From contig CAVSOU010000008.1 in NCBI GenBank assembly GCA_963729625.1, positions 864,001 to 928,000 of the forward strand: DNA of 64,000 nucleotides, written 5' to 3'. The number at the start of each line of letters is the position of its first letter. The first letter of the stretch is position 1. The position numbers and the translations under genes were made by a program. Positions 9,558-19,087 of this stretch are shown one piece after another. This DNA is from an uncultured bacterium (GTDB taxonomy: Bacteria > Chloroflexota > UBA5177 > JANWHV01). The notes beneath the pieces are model-generated. The model was given only the letters and a program-made list of their open reading frames with translations, made no database searches and was not told where the DNA came from.

Positions 9558-10685
9558 GTGAAACTGTACGAGCATCAGGGAAAGGATCTCTTTCGCGCGG
9601 CAGGCATGCCGGTGCCGCAGGGCGAAGTGGCGACGACGCCTGATGAAGTCGCCGCAATCGCATCGCGCCTCGGCCGCGTCGTGATCAAGGCGCAGGTGCA
9701 TGCCGGGGGACGGGGCAAGGCCGGGGGGGTCAAAGTGGCGTTGCCATCGGAAGCACGCGACGTCGCCGGTGCCATTCTGGGCATGACCATCAAGGGACTC
9801 ACGGTTGAAAAGGTGCTTGTCGAGCCTGCTCTGCACATCGCGAGCGAATATTACGCCGGCATCGCCAACGATCGGTCCAGCAAACGCTTCGTATTGATGC
9901 TGAGCGCTATGGGTGGCATAGACATCGAAGAGGTCGCCCACTCCAATCCTCAGGCCATTGTTCGGGTTCACATCGACCCTGCATACGGCCTACTGGGCTT
10001 CGACGTGCGCGAGGCAATGAAGACCGCGGGCTTCGACCGGTCAAAAGCTCGCGACCTTGGCGCGACGCTCAAGAGCCTCTACGAGACTGTCATACGCCAT
10101 GATTGCCTCTTGGCCGAAATCAATCCTCTGGCCATTACCGACGAAGGCGACGTCGTAGTTGCGGATGCCAAGGTCGACATCGACGACAATGCCGTCTACA
10201 GGCACCCAGATCTGCTGCCCTGGCGCGATGGCTCGTTCGACAATGAGATGGACCGGCTGGCGAGCGAGCAGGGCCTGACGTACGTACACCTTGGTGGCGA
10301 TATTGGCGTCATAGGCAATGGAGCCGGCCTCGTCATGAACACGCTCGACGTCGTGACGGCAAGCGGTGCAAGGCCCGCCAATTTCCTCGACATCGGCGGC
10401 GGCGCCCAGGCCGGGCAAGTCGCCAAGGCGGTCAACATGGTGCTCAGCGACCCTCATGTCGTGGGTATCATCTTCAATATTTTCGGCGGTATTACGCGCT
10501 GCGATGAAGTTGCAAAGGGCATGCTGCAGGCAGCACGTGACCTGGAGATTCGCGTCCCAGTGGTGGTGCGCCTCGCCGGCACGCAAGAGGCAGAGGGCCG
10601 TCGACTTCTGCAGGGCAGCCGCTTTATGCCGGTCGCCGGCGTCGAGGAAGCGGCACAGTCTATTCAACAGTTGCTTGGTCGCTAG
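9558..10685 (+). CDS. sucC: Succinyl-CoA ligase (ADP-forming) beta subunit
   Basis: KLYEHQGK, KAQVHAGGRGKAGGV, EINPL, GNGAGL, ANFLDIGGG, NIFGGITRCD. GTG start after GGAAGG. Confidence 0.96.
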   Translation: MKLYEHQGKDLFRAAGMPVPQGEVATTPDEVAAIASRLGRVVIKAQVHAGGRGKAGGVKVALPSEARDVAGAILGMTIKGLTVEKVLVEPALHIASEYYAGIANDRSSKRFVLMLSAMGGIDIEEVAHSNPQAIVRVHIDPAYGLLGFDVREAMKTAGFDRSKARDLGATLKSLYETVIRHDCLLAEINPLAITDEGDVVVADAKVDIDDNAVYRHPDLLPWRDGSFDNEMDRLASEQGLTYVHLGGDIGVIGNGAGLVMNTLDVVTASGARPANFLDIGGGAQAGQVAKAVNMVLSDPHVVGIIFNIFGGITRCDEVAKGMLQAARDLEIRVPVVVRLAGTQEAEGRRLLQGSRFMPVAGVEEAAQSIQQLLGR

Positions 10686-10730
10686 AGTGAGCCTGCAATG
10701 CGGGCGCGGCGACCGGAAGGAGCACCGCAA

Positions 10731-10970
10731 GTGGGTCAAAAGAGTGAACAGTACCCGGATATCGTAGACAATGAATTCTTCGTGGCGTGGGATGATCCTG
10801 ATACTGAAACGGTATCCGTGGGCTTCCTGGAACGCAGCATGGTAATGGACTTCGACTATGCCGAGTTCCTCGAATTGGCCGAGGCTGTCGACACAATTCG
10901 CGACTACATCAACAAGAGTCGAGTACGCCGGTCCTCCGGCGCAAACGGCAAATCGGCTGAGAGCAACTAG
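10731..10970 (+). CDS. Small acidic hypothetical protein (79 aa)
   Basis: Strong GAAGGAG RBS before GTG, protein-like composition, fills the gap between sucC and coaE. Confidence 0.65.
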   Translation: MGQKSEQYPDIVDNEFFVAWDDPDTETVSVGFLERSMVMDFDYAEFLELAEAVDTIRDYINKSRVRRSSGANGKSAESN

Positions 10971-10997
10971 GGTTATCGCTGGGGGACGGGTTCGGCG

Positions 10998-11627
10998 TTG
11001 CTCAAGATAGGTGTCACGGGAAACATTGCCTGCGGCAAGTCCACAGTCGATGCGATGATTAGCGAACTGACGGGCGCGACGATCATCGATGCCGATCGCG
11101 TGACGCACCACCTGCTCCGTGACGATGTGCAGGTGCGCGAGGCGGTGATCGAGGCCTTCGGACCTGGAATCCTCCACGCGGACGGGCGTATCGACCGCGC
11201 AATGCTGGGCCGCGTCGCGTTCAGCTCCGCGCAGGAATTGCTTCGCCTCGAGCAAATCGTGCATCCGGCGGTGCGCAGCGCAATCCGGAAGACACTGTCC
11301 GAGTTAGGTGAAGACGGCGCGGTCGTGGTCGATGCGGTCAAGCTTCTTGGAGGGGACCTCGGCGGTTCAGTGGACTATGTGTGGTGGGTAACTGCCGATC
11401 CGAAGCAGCAACTCGAACGATTGATGCGGGCGCGAGGCCTCCCCGAAGAAGAGGCGCGATCCAGAATCGCCGTTCAACCTTCCCTGGACCTGTATCGTAG
11501 TCAAGTTCATGCTATTATTGACAATTCCGGCAGCTTGGCGGAAACTCGCAACCAAGTTGTTGCGGCCCTGAGCGTAGGTTTTATCCGAGCGAGACTGCCA
11601 GGCTTGCCAGGTTCAGCCGATAGTTGA
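10998..11627 (+). CDS. coaE: Dephospho-CoA kinase
   Basis: IGVTGNIACGKST, IIDAD, IDRAMLG, LEQIVHPAV, IIDNSG. Confidence 0.95.
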   Translation: MLKIGVTGNIACGKSTVDAMISELTGATIIDADRVTHHLLRDDVQVREAVIEAFGPGILHADGRIDRAMLGRVAFSSAQELLRLEQIVHPAVRSAIRKTLSELGEDGAVVVDAVKLLGGDLGGSVDYVWWVTADPKQQLERLMRARGLPEEEARSRIAVQPSLDLYRSQVHAIIDNSGSLAETRNQVVAALSVGFIRARLPGLPGSADS

Positions 11628-11645
11628 GGAATGGAACGCCAGTAG

Positions 11646-12107
11646 ATGAATGACAAGCCCATACCGCTCACCGCCGAAGGTCGCGCTCAGATCGAGGCGG
11701 AATACCAGCACCTGATCAACGTGCGACGCGCGGAGGTCGCGGCTCAGATTGGCGCTGCGGCGGAAGATGGCGATTTGTCCGAGAACGCCGCATACGATCA
11801 TGCGAAGGACGAACAGGCACTGCTCGAGGGGCGTATCGCCCAACTAGAGCACTTCCTTCGTAATGCCGTGCTGATCGAGGCGCCGGCAGGCGGCACGGTT
11901 CAGCTCGGCGCCATGGTTACTATCGAGCAGGATGGCGAGCAGGACACGTACACGATTGTAGGTCCGCTCGAGGCGGCGCCGACCAAAGGCCGGATCTCGA
12001 ATGAGTCGCCGATTGGGCGAGCCCTCCTCAACCACGCAGCGGGCGACGTCGTGGAGGTCAATGCGCCGGCCGGGATGCGCACCGTGAAGATCTTAGCGAT
12101 ACGCTGA
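11646..12107 (+). CDS. greA: Transcription elongation factor GreA
   Basis: GDLSENAAY, ISNESPIGRALL, APAG. Confidence 0.97.
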   Translation: MNDKPIPLTAEGRAQIEAEYQHLINVRRAEVAAQIGAAAEDGDLSENAAYDHAKDEQALLEGRIAQLEHFLRNAVLIEAPAGGTVQLGAMVTIEQDGEQDTYTIVGPLEAAPTKGRISNESPIGRALLNHAAGDVVEVNAPAGMRTVKILAIR

Positions 12108-12116
12108 CCTTATCGC

Positions 12117-12761
12117 ATGCACCTCTATATTGTCCGGCACGGTCAGTCAACCGGGAACATTACTACGGACGATGTGCCGGACGGTGAACTAACCCCGCTC
12201 GGCCGGCGGCAGGTGCACGAGACTGCCGCTCTTCTGGCGCGTGAAGGCATCACTCACGTGCTGAGCAGCCCGCTCGTGCGTGCACTGGCCACGGCTACGG
12301 CCATTGCAGATAGGGCAAGGATCGATCGGATCGAGGTGTGGCGGGAGTTACAGGAAGATCGGCGGTCGCTGCATCGCGGTTTCGGCCGCGCCGACTTGCT
12401 GAGGCTCTTTCCCAAAGCCACATTCGCTGATGGCTTCGAGGAATCCGGGTGGGATCACGGCGGCGAGACGTACGAATCCGCGCTCGAACGCGCCGTCTCG
12501 GCCGTGGCTGCGCTTCGTGCCCGGCACGAGTCCGGGGATCGTGTGGTGGTTGCCACGCACGGCGCCTTCGGCTGCTACATGCTGCGCGCGCTCTTGCATG
12601 TGCCAGCCCAACTATCCGCATGGTTCCGCATGAACAACTGCGGAATCAGCCGGATCGAGTTCGTAGAACCGCGTCCTGAAGACATGGCGTCGGGCTACGA
12701 TAGCGCGGTGACTGAAGTCATCTGCATGAACGACGTCTCGCACATGTCCGAGATCTCATGA
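12117..12761 (+). CDS. Histidine phosphatase (phosphoglycerate mutase) family protein
   Basis: VRHGQS, SSPLVRA, ATHG catalytic motifs. Confidence 0.9.
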   Translation: MHLYIVRHGQSTGNITTDDVPDGELTPLGRRQVHETAALLAREGITHVLSSPLVRALATATAIADRARIDRIEVWRELQEDRRSLHRGFGRADLLRLFPKATFADGFEESGWDHGGETYESALERAVSAVAALRARHESGDRVVVATHGAFGCYMLRALLHVPAQLSAWFRMNNCGISRIEFVEPRPEDMASGYDSAVTEVICMNDVSHMSEIS

Positions 12762-12866
12762 GGTCGCAGCACTGCTACACTTGGTTCGGCAGGGCGTTTC
12801 GAACGCCTGGGGCGTTGTTGTCTCTACGTTGCGACGGCCGCCACGGTGTTTCAGATTGGGAGGCTC

Positions 12867-13844
12867 ATGCGGGCGGTACGTATCCACAGCATCGGCGGAC
12901 CTGAGGTACTGCAGCTGGAAGAGGCGCCCACGCCGGAACCTGGCCGCAACGAGCTGCTGATTCGCCTCCGTGCCGCGGCCGTCAGTCGAAGCGATCTGCT
13001 GCTTCGCGAAGGACGCATTCCAATAGGAAAGAGCATGCCGCATATTCTTGGCGGTGATGGCGCCGGTGCGGTGATTCGCGGTACGGGCGGCGACGCGCGG
13101 CCAGGCGACCGCGTGTTCGTCAGTGGCGATGTGTTGGGGCGGCTGCGCGACGGCACCTACGCCGAGTTTATCACCGTACCTGCTTCGCTCGCGTTTCCCA
13201 TGCCGCGCGACATGCGCTATGAGGATGCGGCTGCTCTGGGTATGACCGCCTACACGGCATGGCAGGCGCTGGTCGATCGCGCCGCCATTCAGTCGGCCCA
13301 ATGGGTCATTGTCCACGCAGCGGGAAGCGGCGTAGGTGTAGCAGCGATTCAGATAGCCAAGCTTCTGGGCGCCAGGGTCATCGCGACCGCCAGCGCCGAC
13401 GCCAAGCTCGACCAGGCCCGGCAGCTCGGCGCGGACCACGCGATCAATTACTCGCGGACGAACTTCGTTACCCAGGTGCGCCACATGACGAACAATCGGG
13501 GCGTGGACGTCGTCATCGATACGGTGGGCGGAGATGTGTTTCATCGCAGCCTCGAGTGCCTGGCGGTAGGCGGCCGCTTGATCTCGGTTGGCACCGTAGG
13601 AGGATCCGCCGTGAATGTCGACCTCCAGCACCTCGTGTCGCGAGGCATCAGCGTCATAGGCCTGAACGCCGGCATTTTACCGCCCTATCAGGCGGCGGAT
13701 CGCTATCGGCAGCTTTACGACCTCGTCGCTCACGATCGCTTGCACGCCGTGATCGACCGCGTGCTCTCGCTTTCCGATGCACCGCTCGCTCACAAGCTTC
13801 TCGCCACGCGAAGCCATTTCGGCAAGATCGTGCTGAGGACCTGA
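12867..13844 (+). CDS. NADPH:quinone oxidoreductase / MDR (zeta-crystallin-like) dehydrogenase
   Basis: GGPEVL, PHILGGDGAG, HAAGSGVG, GVDVVIDTVGG, GKIVL. GGAGG RBS. Confidence 0.9.
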   Translation: MRAVRIHSIGGPEVLQLEEAPTPEPGRNELLIRLRAAAVSRSDLLLREGRIPIGKSMPHILGGDGAGAVIRGTGGDARPGDRVFVSGDVLGRLRDGTYAEFITVPASLAFPMPRDMRYEDAAALGMTAYTAWQALVDRAAIQSAQWVIVHAAGSGVGVAAIQIAKLLGARVIATASADAKLDQARQLGADHAINYSRTNFVTQVRHMTNNRGVDVVIDTVGGDVFHRSLECLAVGGRLISVGTVGGSAVNVDLQHLVSRGISVIGLNAGILPPYQAADRYRQLYDLVAHDRLHAVIDRVLSLSDAPLAHKLLATRSHFGKIVLRT

Positions 13845-14023
13845 AGTCCGCGCTCTCGATGCCGCCGATCGGCACACGTTTCCCGTCAAGGGGCGGACAA
13901 TGGCCTCCGAAGATAGCATTCAGCCGTGCGCAGGCGCCTGCCAGCCGGGATAGCGCGAGGCCGGGGAGACGTCCGAAGTGGTCGGCGGGTGGGAGCACAC
14001 ATGCAGCGATGGGACGTATAGCG

Positions 14024-15076
14024 ATGATCTCTTCACTTAGATATGGCATTGTCGGTTGTGGCGTCATAGGACCGACCCACGCCGAGGCAGTCTCAGGGTT
14101 GGCCGGCGCCGAACTGATTGCCGTCTGCGACGTCGTTCTGGAGCGGGCGTCCAAACTGGCCGGCCGATTTGGCGCGATCGCGTACCAGGATCTCGGTGAG
14201 ATGCTAGCGAACGAACGATTGGATCTGGTCAGCATCTGCACGCCGAGCGGCAACCATGGCACGCACGCGTGCGCGGCGATGTGCGCCGGCGCGCACGTGA
14301 TAGTGGAGAAGCCGATGGAGATCACGCGACCCGCACTGGACGAGATGCTGCGCGTGCAGCGGGCGTGTGGCGTGCAACTAGCGGTGATCAGCCAGCACCG
14401 CTTCGATTCGGCCAGCGTGCAGGTCCACGATCTGGCACTCGAGGGCGCATTTGGCCGTTTTGTTCTCGGCGTCGCCCATGTTCCCTGGTGGCGGTCTCAG
14501 GAGTACTACGATAGCGGAGCCTGGCGAGGGACCTGGGCGCTCGACGGCGGCGGCGCGCTGATGAATCAGGCGATCCATTCCGTCGATCTCCTGACCTGGC
14601 TTTTAGGCCGCGTGAAGAGCGTCCGTGCGTACTCGGATACACTGGTCCACCGCATGGAGACTGAAGATGTTGCGGCAGCCGTTCTTCGTTTTGCTAACGG
14701 CGCGCTCGGCACGATCACGGCGACGACAGGCGCCTACCCGGGTGTCACGACGCGCGTTGAGGTATTTGGCGATAGCGGCTCGGCAGTGATCGAGGCGGAC
14801 AACCTGGCCTACCTGCACCTGCGTCGTGATGATGCCGGAGAGGCCGGACCGTACGGAGTCGCTTCAGGGAAGACGTCCACGGCACGTGCGGGAGAGACCG
14901 CTTCGAACGCGGCCGCCGTGGCGATCTCGAGCCACACCCTGCAGATTGCCGACATGATCCGTGCTGTTCGCGAAGGCGGAACGCCGCTGCTGGGCGGCCA
15001 GGAGGCGCGGCATGCGGTCGACGTGATCCTGAGCATCTATGAATCTGCCCGCACAGGCAAGGAGGTCGTGGTCTGA
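14024..15076 (+). CDS. Gfo/Idh/MocA family oxidoreductase
   Basis: GIVGCGVIG, CTPSGNH, VEKPM, WRGTWALDGGGALMNQAIHSVD. Confidence 0.92.
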   Translation: MISSLRYGIVGCGVIGPTHAEAVSGLAGAELIAVCDVVLERASKLAGRFGAIAYQDLGEMLANERLDLVSICTPSGNHGTHACAAMCAGAHVIVEKPMEITRPALDEMLRVQRACGVQLAVISQHRFDSASVQVHDLALEGAFGRFVLGVAHVPWWRSQEYYDSGAWRGTWALDGGGALMNQAIHSVDLLTWLLGRVKSVRAYSDTLVHRMETEDVAAAVLRFANGALGTITATTGAYPGVTTRVEVFGDSGSAVIEADNLAYLHLRRDDAGEAGPYGVASGKTSTARAGETASNAAAVAISSHTLQIADMIRAVREGGTPLLGGQEARHAVDVILSIYESARTGKEVVV

Positions 15077-15918
15077 TGGTTACCCTATCGGCGTTTGCGG
15101 ACGAGATATCACCTGAGCTGGACGAGCAGATCGCGGTACTGCGCGAGGAGGGCATCCATCACCTCGAGCTGAGGAGCGTATGGACGACCAACGTCCTGGA
15201 TCTAACGGACGCGCAGCTTCAGATTATCTCCGCGGCACTGGACAAGGCGGAAATCGCGGTCTCTGCCATTGGCTCTCCGATTGGAAAAGTACCGATCGAT
15301 GCCCCGTTCGATATACACGTTCATCGGTTTGAGCGAGCGGTGACCGTGGCGCGCTATCTCGGCGCGCCCTTCATCAGGATCTTCTCGTTCTATCCTCCTG
15401 CTGATTCGCGGCCCGGCATCAACATGGACATGGCTCTGCATCGCGACGACGTGCTTCTGCGCTTGCGCGAGCTGACCGCACGAGCGCGGGCCGCGGATGT
15501 TGTGCTCCTGCACGAAAACGAGAAGGACATCTATGGTGACACGATTGCTCGCTGCGTCGACCTCTGTGAGAGTATTGCGGATCCACATTTCGGCGCGGTG
15601 TTCGATCCTGCCAATTTCATCCAATGCGGCCAGCGTCCATTCCCCGACGGGTTCGGCGTGTTGGAGCCCTGGCTGCGCTACGTCCACGTGAAGGATGCCC
15701 TTGCGGATGGAACGGTAGTGCCCGTCGGTTCGGGGGTTGGCGACTGGCCCTCGGTACTCCAGCGTCTGCAGGGCGCCGGCTACGAAGGGGTGCTCTCGCT
15801 CGAGCCACACCTGGCGGAAAGCAGCCGCTTTAGTGGATTCAGCGGGCCCGATCGATTTCACGAGGCGGCCGGCGCGCTCAAGAATCTGCTTCGCGCGCTG
15901 GACTGGAACTTTGCCTGA
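15076..15918 (+). CDS. Sugar phosphate isomerase/epimerase (xylose isomerase-like TIM barrel)
   Basis: SAFADEI, GSPIGK, IRIFSF, HENEK, FDPANF, HVKD, LEPHL. TGATG coupling to the upstream gene. Confidence 0.9.
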   Translation: MVTLSAFADEISPELDEQIAVLREEGIHHLELRSVWTTNVLDLTDAQLQIISAALDKAEIAVSAIGSPIGKVPIDAPFDIHVHRFERAVTVARYLGAPFIRIFSFYPPADSRPGINMDMALHRDDVLLRLRELTARARAADVVLLHENEKDIYGDTIARCVDLCESIADPHFGAVFDPANFIQCGQRPFPDGFGVLEPWLRYVHVKDALADGTVVPVGSGVGDWPSVLQRLQGAGYEGVLSLEPHLAESSRFSGFSGPDRFHEAAGALKNLLRALDWNFA

Positions 15919-16041
15919 GCACTGACAAAGAGCGATCAAGGATGCTTGTCGGGGGCTGGAGCGATGCCTGCACCACCGACCGTGCCTGATCGCCTAAGCG
16001 TCTCCAGAATTGACCTCCAGCTGCGGCAGAATGGATGGAAG

Positions 16042-16207
16042 GGCGACCCACCGGGAACCGCCGGGGTACCTGCCCGAAGGGCGGGTCGTCGCGGGTCGTG
16101 GTACCCCGGGCTGCGGCGGGTTGCGCGCACTGTGGGCATTTCATCCGCCGGGATGGCGCTCGACCCGCTTCGCGGGTACCCCGGCGTCATCGGGGACTGC
16201 GGTCGCC
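16042..16207. repeat. Nested inverted-repeat element (REPIN-like or structured RNA)
   Basis: CGCCGGGGTACCTGC-CCGAAGG-GCGGGTCG (16059-16088) is the near reverse complement of CGACCCGC-TTC-GCGGGTACCCCGGCG (16161-16186). Outer pair GGCGACC/GGTCGCC. Confidence 0.6.
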
Positions 16208-16423
16208 GTTCTCAGGGCTAAACCGCGGGATGCCAGTAGGTGCGCCTTGCACATGACCGCTGAACTCGCTTACGCTGTAGGGCGTGAGACGCAAAGCGCT
16301 TGATCTCACCGGTGTTGCCCTGATCATCGCTTGCATTGCCTGGATTGGCCTTACTCAGCCGTTCGCCGGGCGCGATGCGCCGCGCATTACCACCTGGGCC
16401 ACGCCCGCGGCCTCGCCTCACCC

Positions 16424-18778
16424 GTGAAGCGCGCGACGACCGGCACTGAGCCGGCTCACCGGAGCCTTACTGTTCGCTATCCCCTTGCTCTCGTGTACCT
16501 TTCCCTATGCCTGATTGCCTGTATGTACCTGGGCAGCCTCGGTCTTGCGCCCGCGCTTCCGGCCGGCCTTGCCGCGTCAGGCGCTGCGGGGCTTGTCGCG
16601 TTCCGCCGCTGGCCGCTGGCGATCCTCGTGCTGCTCGCGGGACTGGCAGGTAGTTCCGGCGCCTGGCGCTACCAGGACGCGTCGTACCGCGACAGCCCCG
16701 ACCAGGTGGCGCATTATACGGGCCGCAGCGGCGTAGCCGTGGGCGTGGTGGACAGCGAGCCGCAGTCCGCGGGGCACGGCGTGAACCTCACGGTGCGGAT
16801 TGAATCCCTCACGCTGAATGGGTTTGCACGTCCAGTGCAGGGTCGTGTGCTCGTGCACTACGCGGGTGCACAGGACGTAGCGTACGGCGATCGCATTTCC
16901 CTCACGGGCAAGCTGACGCTGCCGCTCAATCTATCCGGCTTCGATTATCGTGCCTATCTGGCACATCTGGGCATTCGCGCTACACTCGACTATCCGTTAC
17001 TGTCGATTCAGGAGCACAGTCAGGGCAATCCGCTAGAGGGACTTGCGTACCGGCTGCGCGATGCCATTCGGCGGGCAATACGTGGGATGCTGCCGCAGGA
17101 GGCTGCCGCCCTGCTGATCGGCATCCTTCTGGGGGCGCCGACGCGTTCGCTTGGATCGTTGACGGCGCCGTTCGTGTCAACCGGCATGATCCATATCGTC
17201 GCCATTTCCGGCCTGAAAGTCGCCCTTGTCGCCGGCGTGTTCAGCCGCTGCTCGGCCACGCTGCCGCTGCGAATCCGTTGGGTCGCCCCGCTCATCGCGG
17301 TTTCAGCCTACACACTTATCAGCGGCGCGACTCCGTCCGGGCTGCGGTCTGCCCTGATGTGGATGCTTGCGTTGGCCGCACTCCAGCTTGGGAGGCAGAG
17401 CTACGTGTGGGTCAGCCTCGCCGTGGTAGCCGCCGGGATGGCCTTCTGGAATCCCGAGTTGCTCTGGGACACGGGATTTCGGCTGTCGGTCATGGGCACG
17501 GCAGGCATCGTAGCCTTCTCCGGGCGGTTGGAACACGTGCTTCACCACCTGCCGCGCATCCTTCGCGAGTCTGTCGCGGTCACCCTTGCCGCTCAAATTG
17601 CCACTGTGCCGATCACGGCTTCGGGTTTCGGACAGATCTCGCTCGTCGGTCCCCTGGCAAACGGCCTGCTCCTCCCGCTGCTTGGGCCGATAATGGGTCT
17701 CGGCGGCTTCGCGGCGTTGGTGGCGGTTCTGAGCCCGCCGGCAGGCCATGTGCTTGCCTTCGTGGTGTTTCCTCTACTCATGCTCTTTGTCGGCGTGGTC
17801 CGGGCTCTATCCGTGCTTCCGTTGGCGGCGTGGTCAACGCCCAGTGTCGTGGCCGGCTTTGCCCTTGGCTACTATGCGCTGTTAATCGTAGTGGCCCTCC
17901 GGAAGTCGAAAGTCGAACTACCGGCATTGAGCGGCGCGAAGCTGTTCTCCGAGGCGTGGCACACAGTGCCGCGAGGTCTTGCTGCCGGCTGTGTCGTGGT
18001 AGCTATCACGGCCCCAGTGGCGTTGAGCCGCCCTCCGGAGCAACCACAGCTGACCGTCGCCGGTAGCGGCGGCGACACCGTCGAGCTTATCCAGGGCAGC
18101 CGCCAGGAGGCAATCCTCGTGGATGGCGGGGCACTTCCGGTTCCGCTCCAGACACTGCTCGGTCGGCACCTGCCCTTCTGGCAACGTGGCCTGTCCGCGG
18201 TGTTCGTCTCCGAGCCCGATATCGCTCACCTGGGCGGACTGGCAGGCGTGGCCTCACTGTACGACGTGGGGGAGGCGTTCGATGCCGGCGCGATCTACCC
18301 GTCGGCTGCCTATGCCGCATGGCGGGCTGAGGTGCGCGACGCGCGCCTCAATAGGCTCCAGGTGACGTTGGGCCGGCGAATCGGCTTCGGTGAGGGCATC
18401 GCGGTCGACGTGCTGCAACCAGTGGCGCTCAGTCTGGATAATGACCCAGCGCCCGTCGCATATTACCTCAGGGTTGGCACGCTCACCGCGCTGGTGCTCA
18501 ACCGCGAGGCGGTCGTCGCCGAGCCGACGAAACTGGTTGCCGATGGGCGCTGCATCGATATCCTGATCTTGCCCGCGCGCATGGATGTCGATTCCGCCCT
18601 CGCTGTCGCCCGCTATCTGCACCCCCGAACCGTGGTACTCCCCCAGGCCGGGAAGGGTAGAAGCGGCCCGACTGCCTCGCAACTGCAGGCGACTCTGCCC
18701 GGCGCCCGTGTGTGGACGGCGGCGGAAGGATCGGAGCTGACGCTCAGCGCGTCCGATGGTCGTTGCGCAGGCGTGTGA
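16424..18778 (+). CDS. comEC: ComEC/Rec2 competence DNA-uptake channel protein
   Basis: OB/DUF4131 region (GFDYRAYL), TGMIHIVAISGL, PSGLRS, GFRLS, GPLAN, degenerate MBL-like C-terminus (ILVDGG). Start uncertain. Confidence 0.9.
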   Translation: MKRATTGTEPAHRSLTVRYPLALVYLSLCLIACMYLGSLGLAPALPAGLAASGAAGLVAFRRWPLAILVLLAGLAGSSGAWRYQDASYRDSPDQVAHYTGRSGVAVGVVDSEPQSAGHGVNLTVRIESLTLNGFARPVQGRVLVHYAGAQDVAYGDRISLTGKLTLPLNLSGFDYRAYLAHLGIRATLDYPLLSIQEHSQGNPLEGLAYRLRDAIRRAIRGMLPQEAAALLIGILLGAPTRSLGSLTAPFVSTGMIHIVAISGLKVALVAGVFSRCSATLPLRIRWVAPLIAVSAYTLISGATPSGLRSALMWMLALAALQLGRQSYVWVSLAVVAAGMAFWNPELLWDTGFRLSVMGTAGIVAFSGRLEHVLHHLPRILRESVAVTLAAQIATVPITASGFGQISLVGPLANGLLLPLLGPIMGLGGFAALVAVLSPPAGHVLAFVVFPLLMLFVGVVRALSVLPLAAWSTPSVVAGFALGYYALLIVVALRKSKVELPALSGAKLFSEAWHTVPRGLAAGCVVVAITAPVALSRPPEQPQLTVAGSGGDTVELIQGSRQEAILVDGGALPVPLQTLLGRHLPFWQRGLSAVFVSEPDIAHLGGLAGVASLYDVGEAFDAGAIYPSAAYAAWRAEVRDARLNRLQVTLGRRIGFGEGIAVDVLQPVALSLDNDPAPVAYYLRVGTLTALVLNREAVVAEPTKLVADGRCIDILILPARMDVDSALAVARYLHPRTVVLPQAGKGRSGPTASQLQATLPGARVWTAAEGSELTLSASDGRCAGV

Positions 18779-19087
18779 AACATGGCGGTATGCCGGCGGG
18801 GCCGTTTGGCCGGCGGCTTTGGTCTTGAAGGCATATAAGAATTCCCGCCGACGTGGTTCGACCCAGTGCCAGCCTCACGATCTCCACGCTGCCGCGGTGT
18901 CTCGTGCCAGCGGGGCGCAATGGTGCGCCGTGCAGAACAGGCCAGAGGTATTCGCCTTGCGGCCTTGCGCCCAGCGTTGCGGGTGGGTTGGCACGAGACA
19001 GCGCATCGTGCTACGCTGGAGGGCCTTGCACACCACGTCCAGCCCTGTCGGCTGTTCTCGGGCGATAGCGATTGCAGGAGGCCGGAG

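Noticed and set aside
12117-12761. Histidine phosphatase as the missing CobC
   Set aside because: It is 12 kb from the cob genes, not under a riboswitch, and the family is too broad to assign a substrate.
13259-14023. Apparent 255-aa N-terminal extension of the Gfo/Idh/MocA ORF
   Set aside because: It overlaps the quinone oxidoreductase in another frame, and the Rossmann motif starts right after 14024.
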